From assembly GCA_041659405.1 (NCBI GenBank), contig JBAZYK010000006.1, positions 70,036 through 102,035 of the forward strand: 32,000 nucleotides of DNA, written 5' to 3'. Within the stretch, counting starts at the first letter, position 1. Each line of letters begins with the position of its first letter. The translations under genes and the position numbers were made by a program. The notes beneath the pieces were generated by a model. The model saw nothing but the letters and a program-made list of their open reading frames with translations, had not been told where the DNA came from and searched no databases. Positions 17,987 to 26,916 of this stretch are shown in pieces. This DNA is from Candidatus Altimarinota bacterium (GTDB taxonomy: Bacteria; Patescibacteriota; Gracilibacteria; UBA1369).

Positions 17987-19132
17987 TTACTTGTTCCCGT
18001 ACCCATTCGGATGATTTTCATGCCACTTCCAAGCGGTTGCGATGATGTCTTCCAACTTATTTAGTCGCGGATTCCAACCGAGCACCTTGCGTGCTTTTGT
18101 CGAATCGGCAACCAACACGGCCGGATCCCCTTCTCTGCGCGGACCTTCTTCAATTGCGATTTTTTTGCCGGTGACTTGTTCGGCAACTTTCAAAACTTCG
18201 CGAACCGAAAAGCCTGAACCATTTCCCAGATTAAAAATTTCGCCGGAACCTTTCTCAACGCCGCCGTTTGAGGCCACCCCACCAGAAACCTGCGTGCCAT
18301 TTTGATCGCTGACGCCCGAACCTTCATTAGCATCCGTCTGCCCTTTTTTAAACAAATAATCCAGCGCCAACACGTGCGCATCAACCAAATCGGTCACATG
18401 AATGTAATCGCGGATACAGGTTCCATCTGCGGTTGGATAATCCGTTCCAAAAAGTTTCAGATCGCCAATTTTACCAGTAAGCGCCTGCATAATGCGCGGA
18501 AGGATGTGCGTGGAAGGCTCATAATCCTGACCAATTTCACCGGAAGAATCGGCTCCACAAGCATTAAAATAGCGCAAAGCCACAAAATTAAATCCATAAA
18601 AATCCGCATATTTTTGGAGGATCTGTTCAAAAAACAATTTCGACTGTCCGTAAAAATTAGTCGGATTTAGCGGATCAGTTTCTAAAATTGGCACATGCAC
18701 CGGATTGCCATAAACCGCAGCAGTTGAAGAAAAAATGATCTTCTTCACCGGACGCGCGCCGCCGATCGCATCACCCGCACTCCGCATCGCCTCCAAAAGC
18801 CGCACACCATTTACAGTATTATTTTCAAAATATTTTTCCGGAATTTTCATGGATTGACCAACTTCAATCGATCCCGCAAAGTGCAAAACCGCATCAATTT
18901 CATTTTCAGCAAAAACCTTTTGCAAAGCCGCAGAATCAGACAAATCAAGCTGCACGAACTTAGCCGAAACGCCAGCTTTGCCACCACCAGCCTTCGCCGC
19001 GCGCTCCACCGCCTCTTTATGCCCCTTGGAAAGATTATCAACAACCACAACGTCATAACCTTTTTCCACCAACGCTTTTACCGCATGCGACCCAATATAA
19101 CCGGCCCCACCGGTAACCAGAATCTTAGCCAT
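17987..19132 (-). CDS. galE: UDP-glucose 4-epimerase
   Basis: 381 aa. Rossmann motif KILVTGGAGYIGSH, catalytic YGQSK, RYFNACGA, and DGTCIRDYIHVTDL. Carries a Gly/Ser-rich insertion before the NLGNG motif. Confidence 0.92.
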   Translation of the reverse strand: MAKILVTGGAGYIGSHAVKALVEKGYDVVVVDNLSKGHKEAVERAAKAGGGKAGVSAKFVQLDLSDSAALQKVFAENEIDAVLHFAGSIEVGQSMKIPEKYFENNTVNGVRLLEAMRSAGDAIGGARPVKKIIFSSTAAVYGNPVHVPILETDPLNPTNFYGQSKLFFEQILQKYADFYGFNFVALRYFNACGADSSGEIGQDYEPSTHILPRIMQALTGKIGDLKLFGTDYPTADGTCIRDYIHVTDLVDAHVLALDYLFKKGQTDANEGSGVSDQNGTQVSGGVASNGGVEKGSGEIFNLGNGSGFSVREVLKVAEQVTGKKIAIEEGPRREGDPAVLVADSTKARKVLGWNPRLNKLEDIIATAWKWHENHPNGYGNK

Positions 19133-19201
19133 AAAAAATCACAAAACAAAAATTTAAGTTCGAACCACTGGTTGTTACTCCCTCTGCCCGACAGATCCAC
19201 T

Positions 19202-21490
19202 TTAATTAATATAAATCTCCCTCGCCTTCGCCCCGTTCACCGGCCCAATCGCGCCGTTTTGCTCCATCATATCAAGCAAACGGGCCGCACGAGCATATCC
19301 CAACTTCAAACGTCTTTGCAACAATGACGCGGAAGCCTTGCGACTTTCAATCACAACCTGCAAAGCCTGCTGATACATTTCTTCATCATCCGAATCAGCC
19401 AAAGTGCTTTCCGGAATTCCCTGAACTTTTTCCTGGGCAACCTTTGTGGAAATAATTTCTTCCAAATAATCCGGCGCAGGACTCACCAATTTAATATTAT
19501 TGGTAACACGTTCAATTTCTTTTGTGGAAACGTAAATTCCCTGAATACGAACCGGCTTACTCATGCCACCGGGCAGATAAAGCATGTCACCTTTTCCAAG
19601 CAAATCTTCTGCACCAATTCCGTCCAAAATCGTTCTGGAATCGATTGAAGAACTCACTGCAAAAGCAATACGCGCAGGAATGTTAGCCTTAATCAATCCG
19701 GTAATAACATCCACAGAAGGTCTTTGGGTAGCCACAATCAGATGAATACCAACCGCGCGCGCCATCTGCGCAATTCTACAAATTGAAGCCTCAACTTCTT
19801 TCCCGGCTGCCATCATCAAGTCAGCCAACTCATCAATCACAATGACAATGTTTGGCATTTTTTGATGACCCACCGATTCTCTTCCTTCCTCGTGAACATC
19901 AACACAAGTATTAAACTCGGTAATATTGCGATGCTTATTTTCCGCACATAATTGATAACGACGATTCATTTCCGCAACCGCCCAACGCAACGCAATCGCA
20001 GCCTTTCCCGGATCGGTAATCACCGGCGTCAAAAGATGCGGAATTCCGTTATATGAACCCATTTCCACACGTTTAGGATCGATCATAATCAACTTCAAAT
20101 CGTTTGGAGAATTCTGATACAAAAGCGAAATCAAAAACGTATTCATTCCCACAGATTTTCCGGAACCGGTGGCACCCGCGACCAATAAATGAGGCATGGC
20201 AGCCAAATCTCCACACATCGGTTTTCCGGAAACATCACGTCCCAAAGGCAATCTTAAGTTAGATTGAATTTCATTAAATTCTTTAGTCTCCAAAATTTCA
20301 CGCAAATGCACCAAAGTTCGGTGATCGTTCGGCACTTCAATTCCAACCAAAGATTTTCCCGGAATCGGAGCTTCAATACGAATCGCCTTAGCCGCAAGAG
20401 CAAGCGCTAAATCGTTCTTCAGCGCCACGATTTTTGAAAGTTTAATTCCTTCATGAGGACGCAAAGTATATTGAATTACCGTTGGCCCAACATGAACCTC
20501 GTGCATGCCAACATCAATCCCAAACTGGGAAAGTTTTTCGCTGATCTTCTGGGCATTATCCTTCAATAAAGCATCATCGGATTCACCTTCGGAAATCGCA
20601 GCAGGATTCAACAAATCCATTGATGGCGGAGCCCAATTTGAAAAAACATCTTCATCACCTTCCTTGGAAGTAAGAGCTTCACGTTCCTCATTTTTAATTG
20701 GAATAATACGCTCAATGGTGGCGGTAGTCGCGATCGGCACAGTTGGCGAAATCTGCGCCCTTTTAATCGTAATCATTTCTGCAGGATTATGATCAGCCGG
20801 CTTTTTAAAATCATCATCAACCAGAGCTTCAACTTTTCTCAACAATTCCTCGGGCATGTTCTTTAACAAATCCTCATCTTCGTCCTCTTCCTCATCTTCA
20901 TATTTACCTGAATTTCGTTGGCGAATAAAATGCAAATCCGGTTTCAGGAAACTGACAAAATTAACAATCGAAACCTCAAAAGTTAAAAGAATCGAAACAA
21001 TTAGCAAAGTTATAAAAATAGCACTCGCTCCAATCGCATTTATACCTATGATCTCCCTCACCAAAAAATTGGTAACAAAGCCAACATATCCACCATAATT
21101 GCCACCCTGGGCCATAGTATAAAGATCATTCATCGGCACCGAAAGATGCAAAATACTCAAAGATGAAACCATTAAAAGAAAAATTCCAACCAGTCTGGAA
21201 AAAGGGAAAACAATCTTCTTGGAAAGAAAAAGCATTAACGAAGCCCCGATCAAAAAAACCGGCAAAGCGTAAGTCCCCCAGCCCAAAATAGGCTTTAAAA
21301 CACTAACCCACATCGCGCCGGCATCACCAAAATTATTGCGCAAACTTAAGAAGGTAATTGCGCCCAGGCCCAGGTAAAAAACCGCATAAATTTCACGCAG
21401 AACCGAAGATTTAACCTTAAAAGTTATTGCCCCCCTTTTGCGCCGAGTTGTGCGCGTCTGATTGCGACGACGTCTTCGAGCCATAATCAA
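19202..21490 (-). CDS. ftsK: DNA translocase FtsK/SpoIIIE
   Basis: 762 aa. N-terminal TM helices, acidic linker, motor domain with Walker A LVAGATGSGKS and Walker B IVIVIDELADLMM, and a C-terminal gamma winged-helix (LLQRRLKLGYARAARLLDMMEQNG). Confidence 0.95.
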   Translation of the reverse strand: MIMARRRRRNQTRTTRRKRGAITFKVKSSVLREIYAVFYLGLGAITFLSLRNNFGDAGAMWVSVLKPILGWGTYALPVFLIGASLMLFLSKKIVFPFSRLVGIFLLMVSSLSILHLSVPMNDLYTMAQGGNYGGYVGFVTNFLVREIIGINAIGASAIFITLLIVSILLTFEVSIVNFVSFLKPDLHFIRQRNSGKYEDEEEDEDEDLLKNMPEELLRKVEALVDDDFKKPADHNPAEMITIKRAQISPTVPIATTATIERIIPIKNEEREALTSKEGDEDVFSNWAPPSMDLLNPAAISEGESDDALLKDNAQKISEKLSQFGIDVGMHEVHVGPTVIQYTLRPHEGIKLSKIVALKNDLALALAAKAIRIEAPIPGKSLVGIEVPNDHRTLVHLREILETKEFNEIQSNLRLPLGRDVSGKPMCGDLAAMPHLLVAGATGSGKSVGMNTFLISLLYQNSPNDLKLIMIDPKRVEMGSYNGIPHLLTPVITDPGKAAIALRWAVAEMNRRYQLCAENKHRNITEFNTCVDVHEEGRESVGHQKMPNIVIVIDELADLMMAAGKEVEASICRIAQMARAVGIHLIVATQRPSVDVITGLIKANIPARIAFAVSSSIDSRTILDGIGAEDLLGKGDMLYLPGGMSKPVRIQGIYVSTKEIERVTNNIKLVSPAPDYLEEIISTKVAQEKVQGIPESTLADSDDEEMYQQALQVVIESRKASASLLQRRLKLGYARAARLLDMMEQNGAIGPVNGAKAREIYIN

Positions 21491-21543
21491 AAATTACAAA
21501 AACAGCGATATTATACTAAAAAAGCTTCGTTTTGGAAATAAGG

Positions 21544-21939
21544 TTATTTACTTGCAGGTGCCCACGGCCCAAAATAAGGTTTTTTCCGTTTATTTATTGT
21601 AAAAAGCTGACAACCTTTCTCATCATAGACAAATTTACCTCTCCCCTGTTCATTTTTCGCTTTCTTATTTTTGGGAATTATATATTTCTCAGCTAAAAGC
21701 TCGTCAAAGGCCACATCAAAATGGGCACGGTCTTCAGGCTTAATGCCCAAATCCTCTACAAGCTGCTCTCTTGAAAACGGATAACAAGTATCAAAATGTA
21801 GCTCATGTTGCGCATCCAATCTTGTTCGTAAAAGATGCTTAAATATAACCACGTTATCTTCAGGCAAAATTTCTCCCCCCATTCTGACTCCAGGCGTTCT
21901 TGGTTGTTTCTCAGTCCTTCTTTCTACTTCGAGTGCCAT
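21544..21939 (-). CDS. Hypothetical protein, 131 aa, basic tail; possible winged-helix-like segment
   Basis: Intact ORF preceded by a good promoter. The segment FSREQLVEDLGIKPEDRAHFDVAFDELLAEKYIIPKN looks HTH/wHTH-like, but this is a guess only. Confidence 0.6.
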   Translation of the reverse strand: MALEVERRTEKQPRTPGVRMGGEILPEDNVVIFKHLLRTRLDAQHELHFDTCYPFSREQLVEDLGIKPEDRAHFDVAFDELLAEKYIIPKNKKAKNEQGRGKFVYDEKGCQLFTINKRKKPYFGPWAPASK

Positions 21940-21961
21940 ATTTTACGATTAAAACAAGCGT

Positions 21962-21990
21962 ATAATATCACCTTTAATCGCCACAGTCAA
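21962..21990 (-). promoter_or_regulatory. Putative promoter of the 131-aa gene
   Basis: On the minus strand, TTGACT (21990-21985), a 17-nt spacer, then TATTAT (21967-21962), ending 22 nt before the ATG. The -35 box is part of the duplicated module. Confidence 0.5.
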
Positions 21991-22075
21991 CACCATCGCA
22001 GCAGTAAGCCTTAAAACGATCCTTCGTCAACGAAGTCGCGAATAGAACAGATTATTTCAAACTCGCAATTTAATC
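21976..22075. repeat. Duplicated upstream module, copy 1 (~100 bp)
   Basis: Aligns with 23435-23535. The 48-bp block CGCAGCAGTAAGCCTTAAAACGATCCTTCGTCAACGAAGTCGCGAATA (21997-22044) is identical to 23453-23500. The flanks are about 80-90% identical by eye. Confidence 0.9.
22022..22035. promoter_or_regulatory. 6-2-6 inverted repeat CTTCGT-CA-ACGAAG within module copy 1 (candidate operator/activator site)
   Basis: Perfect 6-bp arms, centred about 41 bp upstream of the -35 box. The identical site occurs in copy 2 at 23478-23491. Confidence 0.4.
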
Positions 22076-22080
22076 AAATT

Positions 22081-23388
22081 CTACATCAAAGTATAAGCCG
22101 CCCGCATTTTTACATCTTTCTTACCCTCTCCAACTTTAACAAACCAGCGCTTTCTATTATCAACTAGATCAACATACTCAACTTTGGTAACTCCTGTTAA
22201 TGTGATCCTAACATTATCAGCATCTAAAAAACCCACTTTGACATTAGAATCAAGTTTAAATTCTTCTGATCCATCTAAAGCGGTACAATCGCTCTCGGTC
22301 CTATCAATTATAGGCGGCAACTCATGCTTCGCCACTGACCAATATTGACCTTCATATCTTTTTAAAGATTTTTGCGTAAGTCCCAAGTATTCATAATCTT
22401 TTATTAATCTTAAACCATGTTCTTTTAGATAATCATGAGAATTTTCATCAAAATTTCGAGCAGGAGAATCCACACCATCACAAATACTTACTTCACATCT
22501 TTCCAATGGGCCAGACCAGCCAGATGAATCATCTTGTATTTTAGTTGGCTCCAAGTAAATCAAAGTTGGCTCACCACCTCTATTATTTAAAAACTGCATA
22601 CTTATACCAAGAATTTGGTGTCTATTTCCTTGCAAATTCATATTTTGAACTAATTTTTTCGGAGATTGACGAGCAGGACTGATTACCAACTCCGGAGTTC
22701 GCATAACATTAATAATATTTTTTAATTGTTGTGGACTTAGTGCCATTATTTTACGAATTACTTGTTCTTTAGTAGGCACATAAATTTCAGGATCCAATTC
22801 CTTTGCAGAGAAAACGGCATCATCATAACCAGCCACTAATTTTAATATTTTTTCTTTTTCGAATTTATTAAATGGTAGCTGTTCAACAAAATCCATCAAA
22901 TCCTTTTCAGCATCATCCCTTAAAGGTTCTGTGCTTTTTTGTGTAACAGAATAAAGGCTCTTGCCTTTTGAATTTGATTTAAAAGCAGCACCCATCGCCT
23001 TTGAAACTCTTTGGTTAACTTTATTTAATCTTCTACGCATTGCAGGAGTAACCACTTCTTCGCTATCTGATCTCAATAACCTTTTTCCAGTTTTTTGAAT
23101 TTCTTCTAACCTCTCTATACGACCTTTAGTTTCTTCTAAATAACTCTTTAAATAAACTTTAAAATTCTCAAGGTAACCTAAAAGTTCGTTCACCTGTTTA
23201 ACCGTAAAATCTTCCTGAGCTGTAATCCCAATTTTTGATGCATATTCATCAACATCCGAAATTTCCAAAAAAAATTTTCTTAAATAAAAATTCATTTTTT
23301 TTGGATCTCCAATTTTATTAAGTTCCTCCAATAAATGTTCCGGAGATGGTTCAGAACTATTTATTTCTAAATTTTTTGAGAACGTCAT
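22081..23388 (-). CDS. Hypothetical protein, 435 aa (orphan family member 1)
   Basis: Long intact ORF with its own promoter. N-terminal half is coiled-coil-like. I recognised no catalytic motif. Collinear short motifs are shared with the 383-aa protein at 26917-28068. Confidence 0.7.
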   Translation of the reverse strand: MTFSKNLEINSSEPSPEHLLEELNKIGDPKKMNFYLRKFFLEISDVDEYASKIGITAQEDFTVKQVNELLGYLENFKVYLKSYLEETKGRIERLEEIQKTGKRLLRSDSEEVVTPAMRRRLNKVNQRVSKAMGAAFKSNSKGKSLYSVTQKSTEPLRDDAEKDLMDFVEQLPFNKFEKEKILKLVAGYDDAVFSAKELDPEIYVPTKEQVIRKIMALSPQQLKNIINVMRTPELVISPARQSPKKLVQNMNLQGNRHQILGISMQFLNNRGGEPTLIYLEPTKIQDDSSGWSGPLERCEVSICDGVDSPARNFDENSHDYLKEHGLRLIKDYEYLGLTQKSLKRYEGQYWSVAKHELPPIIDRTESDCTALDGSEEFKLDSNVKVGFLDADNVRITLTGVTKVEYVDLVDNRKRWFVKVGEGKKDVKMRAAYTLM

Positions 23389-23417
23389 ACATTCATGCTT
23401 AGATTTATTTTCTATAC

Positions 23418-23446
23418 ACTATACCATTTTAAAGAATCGCAGTCAA
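23418..23446 (-). promoter_or_regulatory. Putative promoter of the 435-aa gene
   Basis: On the minus strand, TTGACT (23446-23441), a 17-nt spacer, then TATAGT (23423-23418), ending 29 nt before the ATG. Confidence 0.5.
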
Positions 23447-23535
23447 CACCGCCGCAGCAGTAAGCCTTAAAACGATCCTTCGTCAACGAAGTCGCGAATA
23501 AACCAGAAAATCCCAAACTCGCAACTGAATTAAAC
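23435..23535. repeat. Duplicated upstream module, copy 2 (~100 bp)
   Basis: See copy 1. The identical 48-bp core is at 23453-23500 and includes the CTTCGT-CA-ACGAAG palindrome at 23478-23491. Confidence 0.9.
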
Positions 23536-23628
23536 ACGCCATGATTTGGAGCAAACCACTCATCTCAAATTTTGCCATAATGACAAATATTGCTATTATA
23601 AGCACGATTTTTTAATTTTGCCCACCCC

Positions 23629-25329
23629 ATGCGCACCCGTTTTGCCCCTTCACCTACAGGTTACCTCCATGTTGGAGGCCTTAGAACTTGTTTATACAAC
23701 TACCTGATCGCCAAAAAAAATAAAGGCACTTTTATTCTTCGCATTGAAGATACCGACCAGACTCGTTATGTAGAAGGCACCGTGGAAAGCCTTTTATCAA
23801 CTTTGAATTGGATGGGGCTGGATAATGATGAAGGCCCATTTTTGGAAAAATCCGCCGATTCCAAATCCGAAACTGCCAATCCTGCTCACGACCAAAAATC
23901 CGCCGCCGGAAAATCCACCACCATCGCCCAAAAAGGCAACTTTGGCCCATACATTCAATCTCAAAGAACCGAACTTTATCGCAAACATGCACAAGAATTA
24001 TTAGAAAAAGATGCCGCTTATTTTTGTTTTTGTACGACTGAGCGACTGGAGCAAATGCGTGAGCAGCAAGCCAGAAACAAGCAAGCTCCCATGTATGATC
24101 GCACCTGTTTAAAACTGAAACCGGAAGAAGTCGAAGCCAAAAAACAAGCCGGAACACCTTTTGTAATCCGCCAAAAAATCCCCCGTGACCAAAAAGTCAC
24201 CATCAAAGATCTGATTCGCGGACGCGTTGAATTTGACGGCAAAACTATTGATGATCAGGTTTTAATCAAATCCGACAACTTCCCGACTTATCATTTGGCC
24301 AATGTTGTTGATGACCATTATATGGAAATCACCCACGTGATCCGCGGTGAAGAATGGCTTCCTTCTACGCCAAAACACATCTTTCTGTACAAAGCTTTTG
24401 GCTGGCAGGAACCTGAATTTGCGCATATTCCCCTGCTCCTTAATAAGGACAAAACTAAACTCAGCAAGCGCCAGGGCGACGTAAGTGTGGAAGACTACAT
24501 CAAAAAGGGCTATTGCAAAGAAGCCATCATCAATTTTATTGCGCTTCTTGGCTGGCATCCGGGCAAAGGTGAAGAACAGGAAATGTTTAGTTTGGATGAG
24601 CTGGTAGAGAAATTTTCGTTTGAGCAAATCCACAAAGCCGGCGCGATTTTTGATATCGAAAAACTGAACTGGTTTAATTTTAAGTGGAACAAAAAGAAAT
24701 ATCAGGAAAAATTGGAGAAAATTGCCAAAGAAATCGATCCAAATGCGACAATCACTCAAACCGAAAAAGGCGAATCAATTTACAGCTTTAGTAAGCCAGA
24801 ATCTGAAAAAACTTTTACCGAAAAGCGTGGTGAAATTCTTTACAACATGGCTGAAAATCATCTACCGGAAGAGTGGAAGAAAGAAGTTGCGACCGCCGAC
24901 AAAAATACGGTCCCAAAACTTTACCGCTGCCTTATCACCATTGAAGAAAAAATTCTGCGCACACCACTTGAAGCTAAAGACCACCTTAACTTCTATTTTG
25001 AACAAAAAACTTTAGATAACGAAGCTTTATTTGCTCTCATGCTCAACCCAAAAATGAAGGTTGATCAGGAAACTGCCAAAAAAGCGATCAATACAGCTCT
25101 CGTCAAACTCACAGAATTGGATAACGACAACTTTAACAATCAGGAAAAAATCAAAGCCACACTTTTACAAACCGTAATCGACTTAAACCTTAAAAATGGC
25201 CAGGTTCTGTGGCCACTCCGCGTTTCGCTTACCCACGAACAATTTTCCCCGGGAGTTTTTGAAGTAATTTGGGCTTTAGGCAAAGAAGAAACCATTCAAA
25301 GACTCAAAAAGGATCTGGCACTTTTATAG
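23629..25329 (+). CDS. gltX: Glutamate-tRNA ligase
   Basis: 566 aa. RTRFAPSPTGYLHVGGLRT (HIGH-type motif) and the KMSKS-type motif KLSKRQG. Also NVVDDHYMEITHVIRGEEWL. Confidence 0.95.
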   Translation: MRTRFAPSPTGYLHVGGLRTCLYNYLIAKKNKGTFILRIEDTDQTRYVEGTVESLLSTLNWMGLDNDEGPFLEKSADSKSETANPAHDQKSAAGKSTTIAQKGNFGPYIQSQRTELYRKHAQELLEKDAAYFCFCTTERLEQMREQQARNKQAPMYDRTCLKLKPEEVEAKKQAGTPFVIRQKIPRDQKVTIKDLIRGRVEFDGKTIDDQVLIKSDNFPTYHLANVVDDHYMEITHVIRGEEWLPSTPKHIFLYKAFGWQEPEFAHIPLLLNKDKTKLSKRQGDVSVEDYIKKGYCKEAIINFIALLGWHPGKGEEQEMFSLDELVEKFSFEQIHKAGAIFDIEKLNWFNFKWNKKKYQEKLEKIAKEIDPNATITQTEKGESIYSFSKPESEKTFTEKRGEILYNMAENHLPEEWKKEVATADKNTVPKLYRCLITIEEKILRTPLEAKDHLNFYFEQKTLDNEALFALMLNPKMKVDQETAKKAINTALVKLTELDNDNFNNQEKIKATLLQTVIDLNLKNGQVLWPLRVSLTHEQFSPGVFEVIWALGKEETIQRLKKDLALL

Positions 25330-25480
25330 CCAAAAATCAACTCAAAGGAAATCACAAACCTTTACAACCATAAATTTTAAAGGCATCATTGGGGCGAACA
25401 CACAAAGCTCGCTCACCCAACGGTACAAGCAGCTCTTCGGGCCCACTAGTAACTGTAATTCCCATAACCTCTAGCAGCCC

Positions 25481-25804
25481 ATGAACTTTTCAGAACTTCA
25501 ACAAATCATTAAACACTTAAAAAAAGAGGTACCCTGCCATGCTTGCCAGAAAAAGTTTGGCAACAGAGGCATGCAGGTAATTTCCACTTTTCAGAACGAA
25601 GCCTTGCTGCAAATGGATTGTTTTAATTGTACCAACCGTCTGCTTGTTCACGTCGCGATCATCAATCAGCAACAGGAAAAAGGCACACTTAAGCCCCAAG
25701 CGGAATTCACTTTTCACAGTGAAATCAGCAAAAACGAAATCTTGGACATGCACAATTTTCTGAATAAATTTAATGGAGATTTTAAAGAACTCTTCACCAT
25801 ATGA
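25481..25804 (+). CDS. Hypothetical small protein with two CxxC pairs (possible zinc ribbon)
   Basis: 107 aa with CHAC and CFNC spaced about 25 residues apart. Its stop overlaps the next ATG (ATGA). Confidence 0.5.
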   Translation: MNFSELQQIIKHLKKEVPCHACQKKFGNRGMQVISTFQNEALLQMDCFNCTNRLLVHVAIINQQQEKGTLKPQAEFTFHSEISKNEILDMHNFLNKFNGDFKELFTI

Positions 25805-26106
25805 AAAATATGAAAAAAAATTCTTTCACCACGCATGCAAGCAAAACAAGCTCCATTCTAGCGCTAGGCGCTTTTGCTCTAACCGCAGCGATAATTCTGG
25901 GCGGTTGCAACCAACTTAAAGAACAAGCTCAAGGTCTTAGAAAAAGCGGCGAAACTTTGGTAAATCAGGCCTCACAGCAGGCCGAAGCGGCGAAAACCCA
26001 ACTAATCCAAACCAAAGCGGAAATCGACCAAAAAGTTAAGGATTTGCAAGATGCCGGCCAAAAAGTCCAAGAGGCCAACGCCGCAATCCAGAAACTGGGA
26101 AAATAA
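25801..26106 (+). CDS. Putative lipoprotein with coiled-coil body
   Basis: 101 aa. Signal peptide ending in the lipobox ILGGC, followed by a Q/A/K-rich helical region. Confidence 0.6.
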   Translation: MKNMKKNSFTTHASKTSSILALGAFALTAAIILGGCNQLKEQAQGLRKSGETLVNQASQQAEAAKTQLIQTKAEIDQKVKDLQDAGQKVQEANAAIQKLGK

Positions 26107-26149
26107 TTTAATTCTAAAAATCCTTTCACAAGGGTACTAGGGTCTTCAA

Positions 26150-26222
26150 GGGAATAAATGTGTCATTTGAACACATCCCGCAGCAAAGCGAGGACTGTGT
26201 GAAAAGGACGCATTTATTCTCC
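26150..26222. repeat. Palindromic element copy D (same inner stem as B and C, different loop)
   Basis: The core at 26168-26203 is TGAACACATCC-CGCAGCAAAGCGAGGA-CTGTGTGAA. The arms GGGAATAAATGTGTCATT and AAAAGGACGCATTTATTCTCC are largely complementary. The element ends 1 nt before the ATG at 26224. Confidence 0.8.
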
Positions 26223-26223
26223 T

Positions 26224-26916
26224 ATGAAATTAAAGATACAGTTTCACCTCCATACCAAAAAAGACCCGCTTGATGCCGTAAAACACACCGAAATGGAGCT
26301 GATCGACGAAGCGGCCCGCCTTGGATATGATGTTTTGGCCATCACCTGTCATGATGTGCTTATTTTTGAGGAAAGTTTAAAGAAATACGCCGAAAAAAAG
26401 CGCATTTTGCTGATTCCCGGGATCGAAAAAACCATTCTCGGCCGGCATGTTTTGATCATCAACGCCGACATCCACTCCCAATACATCAAAAATTTTGCGG
26501 ATCTTAAAAAATATCGCCAAGATCATCCCGAAATTCTGGTGATTGCCCCGCATCCATGCTATCCGGGCCCAATTTGTCTTCATAAACATCTGGAAAAACA
26601 CATCGACCTTTTTGATGCGATTGAGTATTCCTGGTATCACTCGGCCAAACTGAATCAGTACAACAAAAAAGCCATCGCCATTGCCGAAAAGTATCATAAA
26701 CCATTAATTGGTACTGCCGATAACCACATCCTAAAATACCTGAACATGACTTATAGCCTTGTGGACAGCGAAAAAAACGTGCCATCAATTTTCAAAGCCA
26801 TCAAAGCCAACAATCTTCAAATCGTCAGCCTAAATCTACCCTGGTGGAAACTGTTTACGATTATGCCTTACATGCTAATCACGGCATACATAAAAAAGTT
26901 CACGCTGAAGTGCTAA
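26224..26916 (+). CDS. PHP-domain metal-dependent phosphoesterase
   Basis: 230 aa. N-terminal FHLHTKKD...ELIDEAARLGYDVLAITCHD and later histidines (APHP, ADNH) fit the PHP family pattern. Confidence 0.75.
   Translation: MKLKIQFHLHTKKDPLDAVKHTEMELIDEAARLGYDVLAITCHDVLIFEESLKKYAEKKRILLIPGIEKTILGRHVLIINADIHSQYIKNFADLKKYRQDHPEILVIAPHPCYPGPICLHKHLEKHIDLFDAIEYSWYHSAKLNQYNKKAIAIAEKYHKPLIGTADNHILKYLNMTYSLVDSEKNVPSIFKAIKANNLQIVSLNLPWWKLFTIMPYMLITAYIKKFTLKC

Noticed and set aside
19150-19185. GTTCGAACC motif resembling a tRNA T-loop between ftsK and galE
   Set aside because: No complementary T-stem, acceptor stem or anticodon arm can be drawn on either strand.
25380-25470. Possible degenerate fifth copy of the palindromic element (GGGGCGAACACACAAAGCTCGCTCACCC ... 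CTTCGGGCCC)
   Set aside because: It shares only GAACACACA and a few GC-rich bases with the family and has no convincing complementary arms. This is too weak to call without a computed alignment.
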